This document shows, piece after piece, positions 17,992-26,531 of a stretch of 28,479 nucleotides of DNA. The notes under the pieces were generated by a model. The model worked only from the letters and a program-made list of their open reading frames with translations, made no database searches and had not been told where the DNA came from. How positions within the stretch are numbered: position 1 is the first letter of the stretch; each line of letters opens with the position of its first letter. This DNA comes from a bacterium (GTDB lineage: Bacteria > Hydrothermota > 32-111), in the NCBI GenBank assembly GCA_050239825.1, contig JBFXGO010000034.1, positions 1-28,479 of the forward strand, written 5' to 3'. The position numbers and the translations under genes were made by a program.

Positions 17992-18429
17992 CTACTTTAT
18001 TTCAGATGCGCAGTTTGGGCACTTTGTCGCCTTAATATTTATTGTTGAGAAGCAATAAGGACATTCCTTTGTTGTCGGGGAGGAGGGCGCCTCAACCTTT
18101 TTCCTGTTAAGCTTGTTTACCTGCTTTATCAGCATGAATATGACAAACGCAACAATTATGAAATCTATGATTACATTGATAAACAATCCATAATTTATAG
18201 TCGCCGCTCCTGCCGCCTTCGCATCTGCGACTGAATTAAATCCCTTTCCCGAAAGGTCTACAAATAGGTTTGAAAAATCCACTTTTCCAAGAAGAAGTCC
18301 TAATGGAGGCATTAAAATGTCATTAACAAGAGAAGTGATAATTTTTCCGAATGCACTTCCGAGAATAATGCCGACAGCAAGGTCAAGCATATTGCCCTTT
18401 AATGCAAACTCTTTAAATTCTTTGAACAT
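17992..18429 (-). CDS. mscL: Large-conductance mechanosensitive channel with C-terminal zinc ribbon
   Basis: [41 protein letters not shown] and [17 protein letters not shown]. Tail CPYC-x10-CPNC. Confidence 0.96.
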   Translation of the reverse strand: MFKEFKEFALKGNMLDLAVGIILGSAFGKIITSLVNDILMPPLGLLLGKVDFSNLFVDLSGKGFNSVADAKAAGAATINYGLFINVIIDFIIVAFVIFMLIKQVNKLNRKKVEAPSSPTTKECPYCFSTINIKATKCPNCASEIK

Positions 18430-18442
18430 ACATCCTCCTTCA

Positions 18443-18491
18443 TTGATTTTTTTTATTCAAATATTATACTTAAATAGAATAATTTTTACAA
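18443..18491. promoter_or_regulatory. Overlapping divergent promoters (mscL and small Cys-rich gene)
   Basis: Minus: TTGTAA (18491-18486), 17 nt, TATAAT (18468-18463). Plus: TTGATT (18443-18448), 16 nt, TATACT (18465-18470). Confidence 0.5.
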
Positions 18492-18500
18492 GGAGGAAAA

Positions 18501-18719
18501 ATGACAGATTGCGCTCATCTTGTAAAATGTCCTTTTTTTAATGACAGAATGCAGTCAATGCCAGCCACTGCTGACATATATAAAAAAAGGTATTGCAGAG
18601 GGGACTTTAACAATTGCGCAAGATTCAAAGTTTCAAAAGCACTGGGAAAAGAAAATGTGCCTGCCGACCTATTCCCCAATCAAGACGAAAGAGCAAAAGA
18701 GATAATATCCGACGGCTGA
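18501..18719 (+). CDS. Small four-Cys hypothetical protein (probable metal-binding)
   Basis: RBS AGGAGG. Pattern C-x5-CPFF...YCRG-x4-CARF...VPADLFPN. Confidence 0.75.
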   Translation: MTDCAHLVKCPFFNDRMQSMPATADIYKKRYCRGDFNNCARFKVSKALGKENVPADLFPNQDERAKEIISDG

Positions 18720-18743
18720 AACATAAAGAATCTGTTTTTCTTA

Positions 18744-18798
18744 TTGACAATATCAAATGAACAGGTATAATGTACATATAAAGGATTCTTTATATATA
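18744..18798 (+). promoter_or_regulatory. Promoter and ArsR/SmtB-type operator of the metal/redox cluster
   Basis: TTGACA (18744-18749), 16 nt, TATAAT (18766-18771). Inverted repeat ATATAAAG-gatt-CTTTATAT (18776-18795) covers the expected start site. Confidence 0.75.
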
Positions 18799-18816
18799 TA
18801 AAAAAAGGAGATAAAA

Positions 18817-19116
18817 ATGAAGGTCATCAATTTAAAAGAATTAAAAGCTTTTCCTTATTCTCAAAGAGAAAAGAATGTTTTGTTTGAAGACAACAAATGT
18901 AAATTAAGAATAATTGAGCTCAAGGCCGGAGAGTCAATTCCGGAATGCATAATGAATGGAACAGTTATATTCCATGTATTTTCCGGCTCCGGAGAACTCT
19001 CTGTGAACGGCGAATCTGTCAAAATACGAAAAGGAGATGTCTCAATTGGTTTTAAGGGTTCATTCTCCATGAAAACATCGCGCGGAATGAAGCTTACCGG
19101 AGTTATAGTCAAGTGA
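18817..19116 (+). CDS. Cupin-domain protein
   Basis: LKAGESIPEC and VIFHVFSGSGELSVNGESVKIRKGD cupin strands. RBS AAGGAG. Confidence 0.8.
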   Translation: MKVINLKELKAFPYSQREKNVLFEDNKCKLRIIELKAGESIPECIMNGTVIFHVFSGSGELSVNGESVKIRKGDVSIGFKGSFSMKTSRGMKLTGVIVK

Positions 19117-19592
19117 CCATCCTTATTATAATCACCGCTTTAGCAGTTTTTATAACAATATTAATTGACTATAGAAGATGCATAAAAGGAATAAAAAAAG
19201 GCGCTATTATGTTTTTGAACATACTTCCCGCATTGCTCTCAATTCTTGCCATAATAAGTATTGTTCTTTATATAATTCCTCAGAGTGTAATGATTAAAGT
19301 TTTAGGAAAGGATTCCGGATTTATGGGATATGTTTATGCGGCTTTAATAGGGTCAATAACTCTAATACCCGGTTTCATAGCGTATCCTTTGGCAGGGATT
19401 CTTGTTAAAAACAATGTCTCATACCCTGTAATTGCAGTATTCATAACAACTTTGATGATGGTGGGAGTGATTACAATTCCTATCGAGAAGAGATATTTTG
19501 GATTAAAAACAACATTGCTAAGAAACAGTCTGAGTTTTGCCGGAGCTTTGGTCGTAGGCGCATTAATAGGCATTTTCTGGAGAATATTATGA
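19113..19592 (+). CDS. Short DUF318/ArsP-type permease subunit
   Basis: Multiple TM helices, GSITLIPGFIAYPLAG and PIEKRYFGLKTTLLRN. GTG start overlaps the cupin stop. Confidence 0.75.
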   Translation: MTILIIITALAVFITILIDYRRCIKGIKKGAIMFLNILPALLSILAIISIVLYIIPQSVMIKVLGKDSGFMGYVYAALIGSITLIPGFIAYPLAGILVKNNVSYPVIAVFITTLMMVGVITIPIEKRYFGLKTTLLRNSLSFAGALVVGALIGIFWRIL

Positions 19593-20119
19593 AATATATC
19601 AAAAAGAACATTACAGATTTAATTATATTTATATGTTTTATAATCTTCATCCTTTACTCGCATCTGTTTTCTTTTTCTCCGGGAAAAGATATCTTTAAAC
19701 TTAACTTTTTGACATTTTTAAAAGAAATGATAACATTCTTGCCTCTTTTATTCATTCTCATTGGTTTATTCGATGAGTTTATTGATAAAGAGAAAATAAT
19801 TAAACATCTCGGAGAATATTCTGGAATTAAGGGAACAATTATTGTGATTTTACTTGCCACGTTACAAGCTGGGCCTCTCTACGGCGCCTTCCCCGTTGCA
19901 TATATTTTGTGGAAAAAAGGGTGCAGTATAAAAAATATATTCATTTATCTTGGAGCATTCACAACAATGAAACTGCCAATGCTTACTTTTGAAATAACTT
20001 TTTTAGGATTGAAATTCTCGCTTCTTAGAACGATAATTTCCATACCTGTATTTATTGTGATTGCCATAATAATGGATAATGTTCTCAAAAATACGGATTT
20101 TGAAATTAAAAAAGGATAA
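19589..20119 (+). CDS. Short DUF318/ArsP-type permease subunit (partner)
   Basis: EKIIKHLGE, QAGPLYGAFPVA and KLPMLTFEITFLGLKFSLLR. ATGA overlap. Confidence 0.75.
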   Translation: MKYIKKNITDLIIFICFIIFILYSHLFSFSPGKDIFKLNFLTFLKEMITFLPLLFILIGLFDEFIDKEKIIKHLGEYSGIKGTIIVILLATLQAGPLYGAFPVAYILWKKGCSIKNIFIYLGAFTTMKLPMLTFEITFLGLKFSLLRTIISIPVFIVIAIIMDNVLKNTDFEIKKG

Positions 20120-20132
20120 TTGAGGAGTTATT

Positions 20133-21038
20133 ATGCCCGAACACAAGCATACACATTCTCATGATGCTAAAAATTATTCGGCGGCAAAGTTGCTGATGGT
20201 AATATTGTTGAATGCAATAATTACAATTGTAGAAATCATAGGCGGTATAATATCAGGTTCACTCGCCCTTCTTTCCGACAGTTTACACAATTTCAGCGAT
20301 ACAGTATCGATAGTTTTAAGCTATTTTGCTCTAAAAATATCACATAAAAATAAAAGCATAAAAAAGACATACGGATATAAGAGAGCTGAAGTTTTGGTGG
20401 CTTTTGTAAACTCCTCCGTTCTTATGGCTCTATCCTTCTTTCTGATTTTTGAAGCGTACAAAAGATTCAAAAATCCGCAACACATAGAGACCGGTCTAAT
20501 GATTTTTGTGGCGGCAGTAGGATTAATCGCCAATTTTATCTCCGTCTTTCTTCTAAAGAAAGATTCAAAAGAAAGCATGAATATCAAATCAAGTTATCTT
20601 CATCTTTTAAGCGATACAATTTCATCCGTAGGGGTAATTCTTGGCGGTTTGGCAATGATGTTTTTCAATGTCAAATGGATAGACCCTCTTATTACTTTTT
20701 TAATTTCAGTTTACATAATCAAAGAAACCTGGACAATCATCAAGCAATCTGTGGATATACTAATGCAATCATCAGCCGATTTAGATTATGATGATATAAA
20801 ACTGAAGATTGAAAATATCGAAGGAGTAAAAAATATCCACCATGTTCATACTTGGATGTCCAATGAGAATACATTATATTTTGAAGCGCACATAGAAATA
20901 GATGATATGCTTATTTCCAAGGCAGATAAGATTGTTGAGACTATTGAACATCTTTTGAAAGAGGATTTTAAAGTCAGTCACACAACCATTCAAATAGAAA
21001 CCAATGTTTGCACGGATAAATCATTATTCAAATCATAA
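20133..21038 (+). CDS. czcD: Cation diffusion facilitator (CzcD/ZitB-like Zn/Co/Cd exporter)
   Basis: His-rich N-terminus, SLALLSDSLHNFSD, TYGYKRAE, YLHLLSD, HHVHTW and HTTIQIE. Confidence 0.92.
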   Translation: MPEHKHTHSHDAKNYSAAKLLMVILLNAIITIVEIIGGIISGSLALLSDSLHNFSDTVSIVLSYFALKISHKNKSIKKTYGYKRAEVLVAFVNSSVLMALSFFLIFEAYKRFKNPQHIETGLMIFVAAVGLIANFISVFLLKKDSKESMNIKSSYLHLLSDTISSVGVILGGLAMMFFNVKWIDPLITFLISVYIIKETWTIIKQSVDILMQSSADLDYDDIKLKIENIEGVKNIHHVHTWMSNENTLYFEAHIEIDDMLISKADKIVETIEHLLKEDFKVSHTTIQIETNVCTDKSLFKS

Positions 21039-21066
21039 TTTTTTTTCAAAGATCTTGTCAAAATCA

Positions 21067-21086
21067 ATTTAAAGGTTTCTTTATAT
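21067..21086 (+). promoter_or_regulatory. Second copy of the ArsR-type operator, upstream of arsR
   Basis: ATTTAAAGGTTTCTTTATAT matches 18776-18795 at 18 of 20 positions. Confidence 0.7.
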
Positions 21087-21099
21087 GTGAGGATTAATA

Positions 21100-21363
21100 A
21101 TGGATAAAAAACTGAAAGTCATTAAAGCTCTTGCAGATACTACGCGCCTCAAGATAATCATATTGCTTCTTGCGAAAGAACACTGTGTGTGCCAATTGCA
21201 AAGGACTTTATGTATGTCCCAGCCGAGAGTGTCAAGACATTTAAGCATACTAAAAATGGCAGGACTTATCAATTCGAGACGGGAAGGTAAAATGATTTTT
21301 TTCTTCATAATTAATTCCAAAAAAAATCAAAAGATACTGGAATTCGTAAAGAAGAATAAATGA
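21100..21363 (+). CDS. arsR: ArsR/SmtB-family metalloregulator
   Basis: KALADTTRLKII, EHCVCQL (CxC alpha3 site), SQPRVSRHLSILKMAGLI and RREGK. Confidence 0.92.
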   Translation: MDKKLKVIKALADTTRLKIIILLLAKEHCVCQLQRTLCMSQPRVSRHLSILKMAGLINSRREGKMIFFFIINSKKNQKILEFVKKNK

Positions 21364-21770
21364 CGAAAATCAAAATTCTATTTGCATGCGTGGAAAACTC
21401 GTTTCGAAGCCAAATAGCAGAGGGTGTCGCCAATACATACTTTTCAGATTATATAGAGGCATACTCGGCCGGCTCAAAACCGTCGGATAAAATCCATCAA
21501 AATGCTGTCGCAGTATTAAAAGAGATAGGGTATGATGCTTCCCATAAAACTCCCAAAGGGTTCATGGAGCTTGAAGAGCAGGATTATGATTATCTCATCA
21601 CAATGGGATGCGGCGATGTCTGTCCCTCTTATCCAGCCAAAGAAGATTTAAACTGGGAGCTTCCTGATATAAAGAATGAACATATAGAGAAGATAAGGGA
21701 ATTGAGAGAAGAAATTAAATTAAGAATCTGTAATTTAATCAAAAAGCAAATAAAGGAGATAAAATGCTGA
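21360..21770 (+). CDS. arsC: Arsenate reductase, LMW-PTP family
   Basis: P-loop CVENSFRS (Cx5R), AYSAGSKP, LITMGCGDVCP and WELPD. Confidence 0.85.
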   Translation: MTKIKILFACVENSFRSQIAEGVANTYFSDYIEAYSAGSKPSDKIHQNAVAVLKEIGYDASHKTPKGFMELEEQDYDYLITMGCGDVCPSYPAKEDLNWELPDIKNEHIEKIRELREEIKLRICNLIKKQIKEIKC

Positions 21771-22165
21771 AAGTTTTTATACCACTCATAGCGCTTTTTT
21801 TCATTGTTTCATGCGCGCCGTCAAATAGTGCTGTCAGCAATGTAAAAAACAATGATGGACAGAATTCAAATCAGACAGTGAAGACATCCAAAGTGACTTT
21901 CGTGGAGCTCGGGTCTGACGGATGCACCCCATGCCAGATGATGAGACCTGTAATGAAAAGTGTGACTGACAATTACAAAGACAAAGTTGAAGTGATTTTT
22001 TACGATGTAAATACTTCTACGGGCGGACCAAAAGCTCAGGAGTACGGGATAAGAGTTATTCCCACTCAGGTTTTTTTGAATGCAGAGGGAAAGGAGATTT
22101 TCAGGCACGAAGGATACTATCCTTATGAAAACATAAAAAATCTTCTTGACGGATGGCTCGAATAA
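21764..22165 (+). CDS. Thioredoxin-family lipoprotein
   Basis: Lipobox IVS-C, ELGSDGCTPC, cis-Pro motif VIPTQVF and FRHEG. Confidence 0.88.
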   Translation: MLKVFIPLIALFFIVSCAPSNSAVSNVKNNDGQNSNQTVKTSKVTFVELGSDGCTPCQMMRPVMKSVTDNYKDKVEVIFYDVNTSTGGPKAQEYGIRVIPTQVFLNAEGKEIFRHEGYYPYENIKNLLDGWLE

Positions 22166-22866
22166 TGACTGCTGTCTTCAATAATTTGTATGCTTGGCTC
22201 ACTCAATCAGTTCTGTTTTCACTGATTGCCTCATTTATCTGGGGTCTGCTAAGCATACTTCTCTCTCCATGCCACCTTTCAAGCATCCCTCTTATCACTG
22301 CTGTAATAATAAGCGATAAGAATCTTTCTCAGAAAAAATCCTTGCTTTATTCTATATTCTTTTCGATAGGTATATTTATCTCTATAATAATTCTCGGTCT
22401 TGTCACATCACTATTGGGAAGGTTGCTCGGCGACATAGGCAAAATAGGCAATATCCTCGTTTCAATTGTTTTCATTATATTCGGCTTTGTCTTTCTTGAT
22501 GTATTAAATATTGATTTCCTAAATCTCTCTTTCACAAAGAAGATTGATTCAAAAACCCACCTCTCATCATTCATAATAGGATTTCTATTTGGGATAGGAG
22601 TAGGTCCCTGCACATTCGGCTTCATGGCCCCTGTTCTTGCTTTATCATTTAAGGTTGCTTCAACTAACTTCATATATGCATTATCTTTAATTCTTGTCTT
22701 TGCTTTGGGCCATTCAACAGTCATAATTCTTGCATTGTCACTCATGACATTTCTTTCAAAGACACTTAAATGGTCAGCCGAATCAAAATCAGCGCTTGTA
22801 ATAAAGAGAATTTCGGGAATTCTTTTAATTCTTGCAGGCGCGTATTCAATTTTCAAGCTTTTTTAG
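22165..22866 (+). CDS. ccdA: CcdA/DsbD-type transmembrane electron transporter
   Basis: LLSPCHLSSIP and GVGPCTFG conserved Cys pair, about 6-7 TM helices. Start re-called to ATG 22165 (TAATG overlap). Confidence 0.88.
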   Translation: MTAVFNNLYAWLTQSVLFSLIASFIWGLLSILLSPCHLSSIPLITAVIISDKNLSQKKSLLYSIFFSIGIFISIIILGLVTSLLGRLLGDIGKIGNILVSIVFIIFGFVFLDVLNIDFLNLSFTKKIDSKTHLSSFIIGFLFGIGVGPCTFGFMAPVLALSFKVASTNFIYALSLILVFALGHSTVIILALSLMTFLSKTLKWSAESKSALVIKRISGILLILAGAYSIFKLF

Positions 22867-22874
22867 GAGACATA

Positions 22875-24161
22875 ATGAGCAGTATAAAAAAATTACTAAT
22901 CGTAATCGCTGTATTTGCCTTAGCATACTTTCTTCCTGCGACAAACCCGAAGCTTCTTGGGGCAATTCAGGAATCTTTGATAATGCTTAAGGATTATGCA
23001 CAGAAACATGTTTTACTCTGCCTTGTTCCCGCTCTCTTTATTGCAGGAGCAATTTCAATATTCATTTCCGGTGATGCAGTAATAAAATATTTCGGAGCAA
23101 AGGCAAATAAAGTGTTAGCTTACTTGATAGCATCTGTTTCAGGCACAATACTCGCTGTCTGTTCATGCACTGTTCTGCCTCTTTTTGCGGGAATATATTC
23201 ACGAGGCGCAGGCATAGGGCCTGCAACAGCATTCTTATACTCAGGACCTGCTATAAATGTATTGGCAATAATTCTTACTGCTAAAATATTGGGTCTTGAA
23301 CTTGGTCTTGCAAGAGCAGTAGGAGCAGTGGCATTTTCAATAATTATTGGACTTTTAATGCAATTCACATTTAGAAATGAAAAGAAAGAAGAGATAGAAG
23401 AAGAGTCAATTGTTTCTTCAGCACAAGATAACCATCTGCTTAAAAACGCATTATTTTTTTCCTCAATGGTGTTCATTCTTATATTTGCCAATTGGGCGAA
23501 CTCTGATAATGTATTTTTTCATTCTATATATAATGTAAAATGGCTTTTGGTTCTTGTCTCTTATGCAGGACTGAATTTTGTCCTTGTTAAATGGTTTAAA
23601 GTGAATCCTCTATATTCAATATTGTCAGTGGTAATTCCTATTGTATCATACTTTTTATTCCCAAACGCGCCTCTTCTGTGGTTTTCTCTCGGGATAACAA
23701 TGACAACAGTTATTTCTCTCCTCTCATCTGAAGATACAAAACTATGGGTATCCTCTACAGAGACATACCTATACATGATTCTACCATATCTTCTCATTGG
23801 TGTTCTTATCTCCGGATTTCTTTTAGGAATGCCGGGAAGCAACAGGGGAATAATCCCTTCCGAGTGGATAGCAAATCTTGTCGGAGGCAATTCAATACGA
23901 GCAAATTTCTTTGCGTCGATAGTGGGAGCATTCATGTATTTCGCAACATTAACGGAAGTTCCCATTCTGCAGTCACTCATAGGCGCAGGCATGGGCAAGG
24001 GTCCCGCTCTTTCTCTTCTGTTATCAGGTCCAGCTCTCTCCCTTCCATCAATGCTTGTCTTGATAAACATCATGGGTAAAAAGAAGACTGCTGTATTTGT
24101 GGTTTATGTTGTCATCCTCTCGACAATAGCCGGATTGCTCTTCGGTGCAATAATGGCTTAG
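22875..24161 (+). CDS. Full-length DUF318/ArsP-family permease
   Basis: HVLLCLVPALFIAGAI, LAVCSCTVLPLF, AFLYSGPAIN, MYFATLTEVP and GPALSLPSM. Start re-called to ATG 22875 (RBS AGGAG). Confidence 0.9.
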   Translation: MSSIKKLLIVIAVFALAYFLPATNPKLLGAIQESLIMLKDYAQKHVLLCLVPALFIAGAISIFISGDAVIKYFGAKANKVLAYLIASVSGTILAVCSCTVLPLFAGIYSRGAGIGPATAFLYSGPAINVLAIILTAKILGLELGLARAVGAVAFSIIIGLLMQFTFRNEKKEEIEEESIVSSAQDNHLLKNALFFSSMVFILIFANWANSDNVFFHSIYNVKWLLVLVSYAGLNFVLVKWFKVNPLYSILSVVIPIVSYFLFPNAPLLWFSLGITMTTVISLLSSEDTKLWVSSTETYLYMILPYLLIGVLISGFLLGMPGSNRGIIPSEWIANLVGGNSIRANFFASIVGAFMYFATLTEVPILQSLIGAGMGKGPALSLLLSGPALSLPSMLVLINIMGKKKTAVFVVYVVILSTIAGLLFGAIMA

Positions 24162-24205
24162 CATGGATGTAAAGCATCTCATAATCTTGAAAAAAAGGAG
24201 TAAAA

Positions 24206-24442
24206 ATGAAAATAGAGATACTTGGAACAGGATGTCCAAAATGCAAAAAACTTGAAGAGAATACAAAAAAAGCAGTTGAAGAGTTGAAAATTGATGCTGA
24301 AGTAATCAAAGTTACTGATATCAAAGAAATCATGAAATATAAAGTAATGATGACTCCGGCGCTTGTGGTTGACGGCAAAGTAATTCTCTCAGGCAGAGTT
24401 CTATCGTCAGAAGGCATAAAACCATTGCTGAAATCAACATAA
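24206..24442 (+). CDS. Small redox-active disulfide protein (MTH895-type thioredoxin)
   Basis: MKIEILGTGCPKC and VMMTPALVVDG. RBS AAGGAG. Confidence 0.92.
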   Translation: MKIEILGTGCPKCKKLEENTKKAVEELKIDAEVIKVTDIKEIMKYKVMMTPALVVDGKVILSGRVLSSEGIKPLLKST

Positions 24443-24497
24443 GACTGCGATAAATGTTGTGCGCCCTCCTCCTTTGAAAACAATTAATTCAACACAC

Positions 24498-24526
24498 TTG
24501 ACAATGGGATGTGGTGGAAGTAAAAT
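24498..24526 (+). promoter_or_regulatory. Promoter of the DMT transporter gene
   Basis: TTGACA (24498-24503), 17 nt, TAAAAT (24521-24526). ATG is 8 nt downstream. Confidence 0.65.
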
Positions 24527-24534
24527 AAAAGGTT

Positions 24535-25359
24535 ATGAAATATTTATTTTTCAGCATTTTTTGCTCTGTTGCAGTTGCCAATCTTTTGAAACTGTTTTCA
24601 AGAGACAATAAATCATCAAGTCTTTTCATATTCCTTGGAAATTATCTGATTGCATCGGTCATTGGCTTTCTTTTTATATCAAAATCATCTTGTCATATTC
24701 ACCCTTCGGATATTTTGATATCCGGAATGTCTGGGCTCTTCTTTCTCTCCGGTTTTATTTATTATATGAAGAATATAACTGTAAACGGACTCTCAGTATC
24801 AGTATCAACCTTTAGAATGTCCCTTGTACTTCCAATAGCAGGTTCGATGATTCTGTTCGGGGAGTATCTTTCTCTTATAAATTATGTTGGAATTCTTCTC
24901 ATATTTGTTGCATTTCTTTTGCTCGGTTCGGAGAGAAGAAAATACAATCTGCTTTTGCTCGCAATACTATTTCTTATAGCAGGATGCACTGACTTCTTTC
25001 CCAAACTTTATACAAAATTCAACAACCATAATCCCAATTCTTTTTATCTTGCTCTAAATTTTTCATTTGCTTTTGCATTTAATCTGATATTAATACTCTT
25101 CAGGAGGATGAAGTTTTCTTTCGATTCATTCATACGTGGCATGGTTCTCGGCATTCCCAATTTCTTCGCTGCCTTTTTTCTAATGAAATCTTTCGATACA
25201 ATCTCAGGCACTCTTGCCTACCCAATACTCTCTGCTTCAACAGTGATTCTCACGATGACAACCGACTATGTATTCTGGAAAAAGCGTTTTTCAAAAAAAG
25301 AATATATTATATTCTCAATAATAATAACCGGTGTGGTTCTAACCGTGGCATCTATCTGA
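24535..25359 (+). CDS. DMT/EamA-superfamily transporter
   Basis: About 10 TM helices in two repeats, ILFGEYLS, GMVLGIPNFF and VFWKKRFS. Confidence 0.8.
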   Translation: MKYLFFSIFCSVAVANLLKLFSRDNKSSSLFIFLGNYLIASVIGFLFISKSSCHIHPSDILISGMSGLFFLSGFIYYMKNITVNGLSVSVSTFRMSLVLPIAGSMILFGEYLSLINYVGILLIFVAFLLLGSERRKYNLLLLAILFLIAGCTDFFPKLYTKFNNHNPNSFYLALNFSFAFAFNLILILFRRMKFSFDSFIRGMVLGIPNFFAAFFLMKSFDTISGTLAYPILSASTVILTMTTDYVFWKKRFSKKEYIIFSIIITGVVLTVASI

Positions 25360-25382
25360 TTTTTGAACATTACACGGCAATT

Positions 25383-26498
25383 TTATTTTTCTATCTTATT
25401 CTTCTCAGTAAGAATACCCTTTTTGTCATATTTGTATTCCCAACCATCCATGAAAAACATCGGCACACCTTCGATTTTTAGCTGAGGGGGTGTCTTCTTT
25501 ATGGAGTCCTTTACGGAAGTGAAATATTCTGTCTTCACAGTATAAAACAGATTATCCCTTATGAATCTTGCGTATGTTGTCATATCAGCCGCAGGCGCCG
25601 GTTTTCCGACTGTATCAAGGTAGAGAAATGCCGTAAGGTACTTGTTTGCATCATAAAAATATTTCATACTATATGCGCCGACGCTGTTTTTAGCCGGTAA
25701 TCCATCCTTGTCAAAGTAGGTATTTATTTTAGCAGTCGTATTGTTCGAATCAACCCTCTCTATCCTCATCTCGCAGTAGCCGATTTTGCTGTCGATTCTG
25801 TTTTCTGTACCGTCCTTGAATGTCTGATAAACAAGCTGTCCGGCATCATTATACTGAAATTCGATGACAGTCACTCCATTATTGTCGGTAATCGGATAGT
25901 TATTTTCATCAATCCGGGTTGATTTGACGATTCTAAGTCCGCCATTGTTTATAAAATCAAGAAAGTACCTTTTTACTCCCAAATAATCTTCGCACAAGAG
26001 GCCATCACTGCCAACATTTTTCCAATCAAGAGAGTATCCGCTATTTTCAAGCTGATCATCTTTTATTATTTGCCTTGTCGATGAATGAATCATTGAATAT
26101 ATTTTACCTCTGAATGGCACCTGCTCCTTTGAGTTGTTAAATGCCTTATATTTTGCTTCAGTGTTTTTATACTTATAGGTTATACCGGAGATGGAATCGT
26201 AAACCGTAAAAATACTGTCATCATACTCTATTGAAAGCATTGATATTTCCTCTCCAAGCCCTGCAAAATCACCGGCGCTTTCATTCATTTTTGTCAGATG
26301 CCTAATCTCCACGGGTCTGTTTGATTTGTCGTATTTGAACTGGAAGCACTCTATCTTCTTCGCCTCTCCTTCAACCACCTGCTCCACACCCTCAAACTCT
26401 CTGTACATATTCATCTCAACAAAGCGGTAGTATGTCGCCTTTGCCTCAGCCAAAATTACTACGGACATTATCAATACAGACAGAACTATTTTTTTCAT
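25383..26498 (-). CDS. Secreted protein with YD/RHS-like beta repeats (371 aa)
   Basis: Start re-called to MKKIVLSV (ATG 26498, RBS AAGGAG). Signal peptide. Units such as YFDKDGLPAKNSVGAY, YLDTVGKPA, FQYNDAGQ and YKYDKKG. Confidence 0.65.
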   Translation of the reverse strand: MKKIVLSVLIMSVVILAEAKATYYRFVEMNMYREFEGVEQVVEGEAKKIECFQFKYDKSNRPVEIRHLTKMNESAGDFAGLGEEISMLSIEYDDSIFTVYDSISGITYKYKNTEAKYKAFNNSKEQVPFRGKIYSMIHSSTRQIIKDDQLENSGYSLDWKNVGSDGLLCEDYLGVKRYFLDFINNGGLRIVKSTRIDENNYPITDNNGVTVIEFQYNDAGQLVYQTFKDGTENRIDSKIGYCEMRIERVDSNNTTAKINTYFDKDGLPAKNSVGAYSMKYFYDANKYLTAFLYLDTVGKPAPAADMTTYARFIRDNLFYTVKTEYFTSVKDSIKKTPPQLKIEGVPMFFMDGWEYKYDKKGILTEKNKIEK

Positions 26499-26531
26499 GC
26501 AGACTCCTTTTTCATTCAAGACACATTTTCA

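Noticed and set aside
22347..24483. Long antisense ORFs (169, 123, 170, 123 aa) over ccdA, the permease and the thioredoxin
   Set aside because: These are typical antisense shadows of hydrophobic membrane-protein genes, with no recognisable motifs.
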